A DNA stretch of 43,406 bases, taken from positions 1-43,406 of the forward strand of contig DASRGZ010000110.1 of assembly GCA_035650735.1 (NCBI GenBank), written 5' to 3'. Positions 36,042 through 43,406 of this stretch are shown here, piece by piece. The notes beneath the pieces are model-generated. The model was given only the letters and a program-made list of their open reading frames with translations. It did not search any database and was not told where the DNA came from. The translations under genes were made by a program, and so were the position numbers. This DNA comes from Chthonomonadaceae bacterium. GTDB taxonomy: Bacteria; Armatimonadota; Chthonomonadetes; Chthonomonadales; Chthonomonadaceae. How positions within the stretch are numbered: the stretch's first letter is position 1; the number at the start of each line of letters is the position of its first letter.

Positions 36042-37544
36042 TTATCCGGAGGGTAACGTGGGCTGGGCCGCTTCGCCGCCGCCGGGGAGGCGCCGCCGGG
36101 CATCCCTGGGCGCCTCCATGCGCGGCAGTACGGCCAGCACGGGCTTGCCCAAAAATTTCTCTACCTCGATGGGCGTGCGCAGGGAGTGGTCCAGCGTCTC
36201 GGCCAACAGCGAGAACGCAAACGCGATGATCAGCCCCAGCACCGGCCCGGCGCCGTAGAAGAGCAGGCTCTTGCCGCCGACCATGTCCAGCTCGGACTCG
36301 GGCTCGACGATCATCTTCATTTCCGCCAGGTGCATCTCGCGCTCTTGCTTTTCCATCATCTGCGCCTGCTCCAGTCGGCTGCGCAGATTGTCGCGGATGC
36401 CCGCGTAGAGACCGTAGTCTTTGACGATGGATTCATACTCTTTAAGCCGCTTGGGATCGTCGTAGGCCTTCTTCTTATAATCGGCCATCGCGATCTGGGC
36501 GTCGTGCAACCGTCCTTCGTAGTCCTGAATCTGGATTTCCAGGTCGGAGCGGGTCTGATCCAGACGCGCCCATTGGGGATTGGGCACCTCACGGGTCCGG
36601 CTGGGATGTCCTTTTGCCGCCTGCTTTCCGGAGCGGACCTCCTCCGCCTTGATCGCAGCCTCCAGGTTTTGCTGCTGATCCCGGAGCCTGCGGACAATCG
36701 GATTGGCCTCGGTAAGTTTGGTGAGCGCTTCGGCGATTTTGGCTTCCAGATCGGCGCGTTGCTCCTGGAGACGGTCGAGTACGGTGGTACTCTGCGTGTT
36801 CTCGATAACAGCCGTGATCGTCTGCGGGGTGCCGTCCAGCTGACGCTGCACCTCATCTCGCTGCATTTTGGCGCTCTTAAGCGCGGCGGTGAGCGCATCC
36901 ACCTCGCTTTTCAGGCGATCATATTGGGCCAGCGAGTACTCCAGCTGCCGGGGGAAATTCTCAAAGTAGCGCTGTTTATACTGGATTACCTGGCTCTGGA
37001 TGGCATCCACCTTCTGGGTGTATTCCGCCAGGCGCGTTTGCAAGGCCCGCGTGGTGATGTGGCTGGTGACGGTCTCCTCATCGAGAACGCGGCGGGAGAA
37101 CGCGCTGTAGAAGGCCTTGATGATCTCGGCGGCGCGGGCATCCGGCCACCGGCAGTTGATCTCCAGCACGTTATTGCCGCTGGCGAAGGACAGGGCACTG
37201 CGGGCTTTTTTGCAGAACTGATTGAACTGCTCCTCCGTCATCCCCTTATCCAGGCCGTGATCCTTGAAGGCCTCTTTGATAAAGTTGGGATCGCGCGTGG
37301 AGACGCTGAGCAGGTTGAGCTTGTACTGGATGCTGCCCTTCTGGGCCGAGTCGACCACGTTGGGCTGGGCTTCCTCAGAGCCGGTCAGGTAGATCAGCGC
37401 CTGGGCGCTATAGGTGCCGGAGCGCGCCGCCGCCACCGCGGCGGTGACTCCTGAGGCCAGCACGATGGAGGCGATGAAGAGGCGCTTGGAACGGAAGATG
37501 AGTTCCACATAGTTGTAGAGCGGCGATGAGCCGTAGACTCGCAT
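36042..37544 (-). CDS. Polysaccharide co-polymerase (Wzz/GumC/EpsF-like)
   Basis: Two TMs flanking a long coiled coil; LTEANPIV and LDHSLRTPIEVEKFLGKPVLAVLP motifs. Confidence 0.88.
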   Translation of the reverse strand: MRVYGSSPLYNYVELIFRSKRLFIASIVLASGVTAAVAAARSGTYSAQALIYLTGSEEAQPNVVDSAQKGSIQYKLNLLSVSTRDPNFIKEAFKDHGLDKGMTEEQFNQFCKKARSALSFASGNNVLEINCRWPDARAAEIIKAFYSAFSRRVLDEETVTSHITTRALQTRLAEYTQKVDAIQSQVIQYKQRYFENFPRQLEYSLAQYDRLKSEVDALTAALKSAKMQRDEVQRQLDGTPQTITAVIENTQSTTVLDRLQEQRADLEAKIAEALTKLTEANPIVRRLRDQQQNLEAAIKAEEVRSGKQAAKGHPSRTREVPNPQWARLDQTRSDLEIQIQDYEGRLHDAQIAMADYKKKAYDDPKRLKEYESIVKDYGLYAGIRDNLRSRLEQAQMMEKQEREMHLAEMKMIVEPESELDMVGGKSLLFYGAGPVLGLIIAFAFSLLAETLDHSLRTPIEVEKFLGKPVLAVLPRMEAPRDARRRLPGGGEAAQPTLPSG

Positions 37545-37731
37545 TACCAGTTACCTCCCACGAGTTTAGAGCGGATGTGTCACCGCTACGGGCAGTCCGC
37601 GCCGTCTCTTGAGCGCGCCCGCACAGGGGCGACAGGGGGGCCGGACAGGTTACGGGAAGGCGTACCCTGCGGGCACGCCGGCGACCGAGGCGGACGGAGT
37701 GGACAACGCAGTGAGCTTTCAACACGGGGGT

Positions 37732-37747
37732 TGCAAAATCCGTGCCA
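37732..37747 (-). promoter_or_regulatory. Sigma54 (RpoN) -24/-12 promoter of the EPS locus
   Basis: Minus strand TGGCAC-GGATT-TTGCA, an exact consensus, ~190 bp upstream of the first gene. Confidence 0.8.
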
Positions 37748-37946
37748 GACTCACACCGAATACCGTCCACTCCGCTATTTTCTTTTCATTTGGGCTTTTC
37801 GTCCTGCCTACTTGCCGGGCTGCTAACGGCCCGACCGCAGGGAAAATAGCGCTTGCTCACACGCCGACAGGCCCTATTGTCGGATCATCCTCTCCGTTCC
37901 CATAGGGCGGTAATTCCGGACAAACCGGGCGACGGAGCACATTTCA

Positions 37947-37974
37947 GGAACCTCACCCGGATTTTTTGCGTAAA
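37947..37974 (+). promoter_or_regulatory. Candidate ECF-sigma promoter
   Basis: GGAACC-N16-CGTAAA. Confidence 0.45.
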
Positions 37975-38207
37975 ATAGCCAACAATACCTTACAATGGTG
38001 ACGCTGCCTTAAGGCGTGGCTGCCTCTCGAAGGCGCAATCTCAAACCTGCGGTTTCGTGCGATGCCGTCCCTTGTATCCCCTCCGCTCGAACCCTTCTCT
38101 TCCAGAGAGGCGTTCGAGAGGAACTATCGGGCTCGTATTTAGCCGGAGGGGAGAGGACACTCTCTGCGGGCACGCCGGGCAACCGCATGTGAAGGTGATT
38201 GTTAGCG

Positions 38208-38786
38208 ATGGCAAAAGATGAGATGTTTCCAATCGGGCGGCCGAAGCCCTCTCCGGCCCCTATCCCGGAGGACCATCCCCTGCGCACTCTGTTTCGCACG
38301 CTGGTAGCGCGGGCATTTGACGAGACGCTCGGAATTTCGGAGCCGAAGATAAGCCGGTATCTGGCAGATATGCTGACCGATTTCGCGCACTGCGACAATC
38401 TTTACCGGATTCATAATCGGCAGGGCGTGCGGCTGGAAGAAGTGGCCGCGATGTTGATGGAGGCGGACGTCGCGCTCAACGCGACCTCCTTTGAGCGGGA
38501 ACGTGCCGTCCATAAGCACATTGGCGATTTTACTTTGTTCTGGGCCGGCATCTATCCGGAAGCGCTGCTAAAACTGCGCGCCCCGGGCCGGGCGGATAGC
38601 CTGATCGATTACGTGCGCCAGGGAAAAAAGTCGTACTACATCGTGTCTACGTTCCAGTACGGTCCCTACGCGCCGGAAGCCAGCCTGTTTCGCCAGCTAT
38701 CGGAAGAGTTTGAGCTGTGCCAGTACGGCCTGAATCTGGTGCGGCGTCAGTGGGAACATTTGGCGCAAATGCGCCAACGTCTTTAG
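38208..38786 (+). CDS. Conserved hypothetical protein
   Basis: Clean ORF with GAAGGTG RBS; YLADML, HIGDFTLFWAGIYPE and YVRQGKKSY segments; function not recognised. Confidence 0.75.
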   Translation: MAKDEMFPIGRPKPSPAPIPEDHPLRTLFRTLVARAFDETLGISEPKISRYLADMLTDFAHCDNLYRIHNRQGVRLEEVAAMLMEADVALNATSFERERAVHKHIGDFTLFWAGIYPEALLKLRAPGRADSLIDYVRQGKKSYYIVSTFQYGPYAPEASLFRQLSEEFELCQYGLNLVRRQWEHLAQMRQRL

Positions 38787-39009
38787 TACGGTAGTCATCA
38801 CCGGGGGTTGTTCCCAGAGCGGGCAGTATTTTTACCAGGATTTGCGCTTTTGCGGGTAAAATGCCCCTAAGCGCTCGCGTGTCAGACTTTCGCAGCTTCT
38901 CCATCTCAGAGAACGGCGCAGTTATTCTGATCGGGTGCTGAGAAAGGCGCTTTCGCTGCCCCCGGCGCAAAGGGGCGCCCAAATCGTAAGTTATCGCTAT
39001 AGGAGTACC

Positions 39010-40317
39010 ATGCGTTTGCGTATCCCACCCCCGGCGCCAACAGCGCCGGTTCCGCCTGGGCACACCGATGCCGTCTCCGAGCCCGCTTTGCCCTCCCCGA
39101 CGCCCGGCGCCGATGCGCCCCCCTTTCGGATCGTCGAGGGGGGAGCCGCACGGCGTCTGCGGGAGACGCGTGAGAGATTCCAAGAAGCCCCCATTGCCAC
39201 CTACCTCCTGCTGATCCTGATGGTGGCGATCTTTGCCGCCATGTACGCGCTGAGCAAGGGCGATGTGGCCCGACTGGCCCGCCTCTTCGGTGACAAAGAC
39301 AACGACCTCATCCGCGCCGGGCAGGCCTGGCGGCTCGTGACCGCCATTTTTCTGCACGGCAACCCGACGCACCTGCTGGTCAACGGCCTCTCTCTCTACT
39401 GGCTCGGCATCCAGATGGAGCGGCTCTATGGCTGGCGCAAATACCTGATTATCTTTCTGGCGGCCGGCGTGAGCGGGTATCTGCTGAGCTTTCTGCTCTC
39501 CCCGACTCCCTCGCTGGGCGCTTCGGGGGCCATTTTCGGCCTGGTGGGCGCGGGCATCGTGTTCCCTCTGCGCTTCCCCGCGCTCGTTCCGCCCCGCGCC
39601 CGCGCCCTCATCCTGCGCCAGCTCATCACCGTGGCCGTCATCAACCTGGCCATCGGGCTCGTCTCCGTGCTGCACGTGGATAACTGGGCGCACCTGGGCG
39701 GATTGGCGGGCGGGGGCTTTGTGGCGCTGTTTCTCGTGCCGGAGGCCCTGGAGCAAGGCCCACGCTCGCGCGCCAGCGACATCGCCGTCTCCCTGGCGGC
39801 GATAGCCGCCATTGGCGTGATCGGCTGGGCGGCTCTGGCGCAATGGCGCACGACGGTCCAGAATGCGCTGGGACCCACGATCACCATCGGCCCCGCGACC
39901 CCCGATCCCTGGTGGAGCATTGAGCTCCCACAAAATTGGAAGCAGCGCGACGGCGTCTGGATCACCCCGCAGGGCGTCACTCTGCACATCGGGGAATTCC
40001 CCAGAGACCCACGTCTCATCGAGCGGGAAGTGGAGGCTATCCAACGCGCGGGCGCGGAGGTGACTTCCCTCCTGCTGGACGAACAGCCTACCGATCATAT
40101 TCTGTACAAAGATCCGACCACGCGCCATCTGGTGGAGATCTACCTTGTGAAAGCCTACCGGCATGTGATCTCCCTGCGGTGGGAGTACCCGACGGGAACG
40201 TATCTACGGTCACAGCAGGTAGTCATTCCCATCGTCCGCAGCCTGCGCGTGCTGCACGCTCCACCCGCCGCAGCGCCCGGCAGCGCGGCCTCTCCCGGCG
40301 CCACCCCGCCTGAGTAG
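39010..40317 (+). CDS. Rhomboid-family intramembrane serine protease with a C-terminal soluble domain
   Basis: WRLVTAIFLH, HLLVN, GASGAIFG and AHLGG motifs; AGGAG upstream of ATG 39010. Confidence 0.92.
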   Translation: MRLRIPPPAPTAPVPPGHTDAVSEPALPSPTPGADAPPFRIVEGGAARRLRETRERFQEAPIATYLLLILMVAIFAAMYALSKGDVARLARLFGDKDNDLIRAGQAWRLVTAIFLHGNPTHLLVNGLSLYWLGIQMERLYGWRKYLIIFLAAGVSGYLLSFLLSPTPSLGASGAIFGLVGAGIVFPLRFPALVPPRARALILRQLITVAVINLAIGLVSVLHVDNWAHLGGLAGGGFVALFLVPEALEQGPRSRASDIAVSLAAIAAIGVIGWAALAQWRTTVQNALGPTITIGPATPDPWWSIELPQNWKQRDGVWITPQGVTLHIGEFPRDPRLIEREVEAIQRAGAEVTSLLLDEQPTDHILYKDPTTRHLVEIYLVKAYRHVISLRWEYPTGTYLRSQQVVIPIVRSLRVLHAPPAAAPGSAASPGATPPE

Positions 40318-40385
40318 CGGTCTCCGTTTTGGGCCGAGGCGCCCGCCAACGCCCTCGGTATACTGACGGGCAATCTGGCCGGTGG

Positions 40386-40415
40386 GGAACTTTCCAGGCG
40401 CGATCCTTCGCTTAA
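40386..40415 (+). promoter_or_regulatory. Candidate autoregulatory ECF promoter
   Basis: GGAACT-N17-CGCTTAA ~120 bp upstream of the ECF gene. Confidence 0.4.
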
Positions 40416-40534
40416 TGGAATAACGGGTCTCTGTTCCTTCCGGCTGCCTCCGCGCAGCAGTGAACGGCTCCACAAAGTCATCCTGAAAGAGCAAAAGGGC
40501 AGGCTCTCTCCGTCCCTGGCCCAGGACGTGATTC

Positions 40535-41107
40535 ATGTTCACGCGGCGCAAAAGCAAACCGGATAACGACGCTCAATCCGTCTTTGAGGAACTCGTACGC
40601 CGGCATGAGGCCAGTATCTATCGCGTTGCCTACCGCTTGACTGGCAACCACGAGGATGCCGAAGACCTGGTGCAAGAGGCGCTCCTGGAAGCCTACGAGT
40701 CGTTTGGGCGCTTTAAGCTGGGCACCTACTTCGACCGCTGGCTGTTCCGTATCCTGAGAAATACCTATATTGATGGCACGCGCGCCCGTCCGCGGCTGGC
40801 GATGCAATCTCTGGATGAGCCCGTCGAAACCGAGGAAGGCACCCAGGCAAAACGAGAAATCGTGGATTGGTCCAACCATCCGGAAACCCGGATGCTGGCG
40901 GCGACCCTGGATGAGCCGATCCAGCAGGCGCTGCTGGCGCTGCCGGAGGATTTCCGCCTGGTGGTTATCCTCTCCGATATAGAAGGCTTGAGCTACGAAG
41001 AGGTCAGCCAGATCGTCGGCTGCCCGGTGGGAACCGTGCGCTCCCGGCTGCACCGGGGCCGTCTGCTGCTCAAGGACAAGCTGCAAGCCTACGTTGCCGG
41101 AAGCTAG
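40535..41107 (+). CDS. ECF sigma-70 factor
   Basis: DAEDLVQE, WLFRILRN and LSYEEVSQIVGCPVGTVRSRLHRGR motifs. Confidence 0.95.
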   Translation: MFTRRKSKPDNDAQSVFEELVRRHEASIYRVAYRLTGNHEDAEDLVQEALLEAYESFGRFKLGTYFDRWLFRILRNTYIDGTRARPRLAMQSLDEPVETEEGTQAKREIVDWSNHPETRMLAATLDEPIQQALLALPEDFRLVVILSDIEGLSYEEVSQIVGCPVGTVRSRLHRGRLLLKDKLQAYVAGS

Positions 41108-41218
41108 AGCCGACCCATTCTCCAATCCCGCCTGTCGGCAAGCCACAGGCACGCACGCGCGCTGATGGCTGGCAGAGGCCCATGCCCTGCCGTTTCGCGC
41201 TACCTAGAGATGGGATCT

Positions 41219-41869
41219 ATGGATTGTCCACGCTGTGTTGAATATCTAAGTGACTATATGGATGGCACCCTGGGCGCGCGGCGATCTGCCGCCGTGCGGG
41301 AACATCTGGCAGACTGCAACCGCTGCCGCCGGGAATATACTGAGCTACAGCGGGTGCGGACGCTGCTGAGGAAATTGCCCGCTCCCACGCCGCGCCCGGA
41401 GTTCTGGCGGCGCGCCTATGCGACAGTGCGCGCGCACGCTGGAGCGCTGCAAGCGTCGGAGAAACGTGCGCGCCAGCGGCAGCCGGCCTGGCACGCGCCG
41501 CTCTCGCTCCGGTTTGCCGCCTCGGTGGCCCCGCGCGCAGCCTTGTTTGCTACAACCGGCGCGGCGCTGGTACTGCTCGGCTTCCTGACGGCGCCGCTTC
41601 TCTTCCCCGCTGTCAATCATCCTGCTCCGCTGCCAACGCGGGTATATAACGGACAGAGCGCGCCGAGAGCGGCGTCGGGCCATGCCGAGATCAAAATGAC
41701 CTCGGCCCCGGCCTCCTCCGACCGCACCATCGGCGTCTATGCTCTGGTAGGGCTGCATGCCGTGCAGGAATCCTCCCTGCCGCTGGCCGACTCGGGCCGT
41801 ATGCGCTACGAAGTCTCGGAAGCCAATCAAACGGACCTGGAACAAGATGGCAAGCTGGACTTTCGTTGA
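41219..41869 (+). CDS. Zinc-binding (ZAS/zf-HC2) transmembrane anti-sigma factor
   Basis: LSDYMDG...HLADCNRC motif; one TM; directly downstream of the ECF gene. Confidence 0.88.
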   Translation: MDCPRCVEYLSDYMDGTLGARRSAAVREHLADCNRCRREYTELQRVRTLLRKLPAPTPRPEFWRRAYATVRAHAGALQASEKRARQRQPAWHAPLSLRFAASVAPRAALFATTGAALVLLGFLTAPLLFPAVNHPAPLPTRVYNGQSAPRAASGHAEIKMTSAPASSDRTIGVYALVGLHAVQESSLPLADSGRMRYEVSEANQTDLEQDGKLDFR

Positions 41870-43061
41870 GCGCCTGGCACGCAGAGAGGTGTTGGCGCAG
41901 CGCCGCCGCATGTCCCCATCAGCAGTGGGCCATCTGAGAGCTCCAGGCAGGCGGCATCGCTTTGCCTCGCGGCAGGCGCTCTGGCTGGCCCTGGCAGCGC
42001 TGGTGTTTTGCGCTCTGCCGATGCGCGGGCTTCTGCCTGTTCGGCACGGCAGCCGGCTTAGCTCGTCCCGAGCCGACGCCGCATCGCCGCGCTCGAGGGC
42101 AGCCGCTATACTTCGGCGTGCGCTCATGAGCCAGTATCGGGTGGCGTTCTCCGGCGAGCAGACGGTGCTCACCTTTGATGAAGGCAACGGCGCAGTCAGT
42201 ATCACCCAGGAGACCCATCAGGGCGATTCGCGTTATCGCATTGACTACCTGAACCCGCCCGACGCGCGCGGGCGGGTTCAAATCGCCGATGGTAAAAAGC
42301 GTCAGCTCTATCTGCCCACCCAGCATACCATCGTCGAAACCCAGATCAGCACGCCCCCCCTGACCGAAGGGGCCATACGCGCCCGGCTGGCGCGCATCCA
42401 ACGGCATTATCGGCTGAGCCTGGCTCCCCATCGCGCGAGCTGGGATGGCCGCCCCGCCTATCAGCTCGATCTGCTGCCGCGCCACCACGACCGCCCCTGG
42501 CAACGCCTCTGGATTGATACGGCCACAGGCCTTATTCTGCGGCGCGAATCATATAATAGTCAGGGCGCGCAGCTGGCCGTCACTTCCTGGCGGAATGTGC
42601 GCCTGTACACTGCTGCCAGCCAGCCCTCGATCCGCTGGACTCCTCCGGCAGGCACGCGCATCCAGCGGCAATCCTCCGAATGGGTCACGTTCCGCCTTTC
42701 GGACGCGCGCCATCGTGCCAGTTCATGGGCCGTGCTGCCCTACGACCTGGGGAAGGGCTTTGTGTTTGAGAGCGCGCGCCTCATCCATGCCAAGGGCGCG
42801 CAAAGCCTGCACTGCCAGTACTCGGACGGCTTGAATACGATCTCGCTGATCCAGATTGCGGCGCCGCGCAACATCTTCGCCGACCGCGCGGAGGGCGAAA
42901 CCGTGCGTACCTTGCAGATTGGAAAGCGCACGGCCCAGATGGCCTCGCGCGGCTTCTTCACCGTCCTCTCCTGGATACCGGGCAATCGGACCACGACCAT
43001 GAGCCTGGTGGGCGAGATCGCGGCCAACACGCTGATTGCCATCGCCCGCTCGCTTCCCTAG
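41847..43061 (+). CDS. MucB/RseB-like (LolA-fold) extracytoplasmic regulator
   Basis: FSGEQT, RIDYLNP, LWIDTATGLILR and YSDGLNTISL motifs; position after the anti-sigma gene. Start uncertain. Confidence 0.8.
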   Translation: MASWTFVERLARREVLAQRRRMSPSAVGHLRAPGRRHRFASRQALWLALAALVFCALPMRGLLPVRHGSRLSSSRADAASPRSRAAAILRRALMSQYRVAFSGEQTVLTFDEGNGAVSITQETHQGDSRYRIDYLNPPDARGRVQIADGKKRQLYLPTQHTIVETQISTPPLTEGAIRARLARIQRHYRLSLAPHRASWDGRPAYQLDLLPRHHDRPWQRLWIDTATGLILRRESYNSQGAQLAVTSWRNVRLYTAASQPSIRWTPPAGTRIQRQSSEWVTFRLSDARHRASSWAVLPYDLGKGFVFESARLIHAKGAQSLHCQYSDGLNTISLIQIAAPRNIFADRAEGETVRTLQIGKRTAQMASRGFFTVLSWIPGNRTTTMSLVGEIAANTLIAIARSLP

Positions 43062-43168
43062 CGGCTTCGTCGGCGTCCAAAAGGCATCTCCACTGCAAAT
43101 GAAACAGCCGTCCAGAATAATGCTCTGTTCTGAACGGCTTACTCTTGTATCCTGTGGAATCGGGAAGG

Positions 43169-43405
43169 TTATGGCGCCGCATCCTCGGGAGATATGCCCG
43201 GCACGGCGAGAATAGGGATAGCCACCGTCTGGAAGCTTTTCTCGCCCTCCGCCGTGCTCAGCATGAGCAAGAGGCGTAGGGCCTTCCCGGTCGGCGTCTG
43301 CGGCAGAGTGAGGGTGACCTTCGTTTCGCCCTCCGGCGCCAGCATCCCTTGCGCCACTGCCTGTGGATACTCGACAGCCTGCGCCCGGTAGGTCAGGCTG
43401 CCCGC
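43169..43405 (-). CDS. 3' end of an unidentified CDS, truncated by the window edge
   Basis: Frame open from the window end (AGSLTYRAQAVEYPQAVAQGML...) to the stop at 43169. Confidence 0.5.
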   Translation of the reverse strand, partial: AGSLTYRAQAVEYPQAVAQGMLAPEGETKVTLTLPQTPTGKALRLLLMLSTAEGEKSFQTVAIPILAVPGISPEDAAP

Positions 43406-43406
43406 G

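Noticed and set aside
38647..40164. 505-aa antisense ORF (likewise 1275-2555, 22901-24127, 36186-37454 and similar)
   Set aside because: Antisense shadows of real genes, expected in high-GC DNA; no recognisable motifs.

Overview
GC-rich bacterial window. Gene content (prepilin-type/H-X9-DG protein, exosortase-EpsI fusion, WD40 and PhyH genes) suggests Armatimonadota or a similar lineage; this is an inference. The left third holds mixed housekeeping genes: coproheme decarboxylase, WD40 protein, aldo/keto reductase, a secreted Gly/Met-rich protein, tatC, an MrfA/Hrq1-like helicase, a divergent YchF and a PhyH oxygenase. The centre (13215-37544) is a ~24 kb co-oriented minus-strand exopolysaccharide/exosortase locus headed by a consensus sigma54 promoter. 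It encodes a co-polymerase, a tail-less BY-kinase, 3 GT2, 3 GT4, 2 GT87, 2 acyltransferase-3, a WecB-STAS fusion, GH44, a Wzy-like protein, a foldase, exosortase-EpsI and a 44-aa membrane ORF missing from the track. The right end is a rhomboid / ECF sigma / zinc anti-sigma / RseB-like cluster. The most unexpected signals are non-coding or structural. (1) An 82-bp MITE-like element with IS1-like ends and 9-bp target duplications is present twice. (2) An AT-richer mini-cassette is bracketed by a 30-bp duplication of a gene 3' end. (3) The four-gene GT87/acyltransferase block is bracketed by inverted copies of a ~125-bp palindromic element. (4) The two acyltransferase paralogs share perfectly identical DNA blocks between divergent segments. 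No rRNA, tRNA, CRISPR array, transposase or integrase was recognised. All calls were made by eye; no searches were run.
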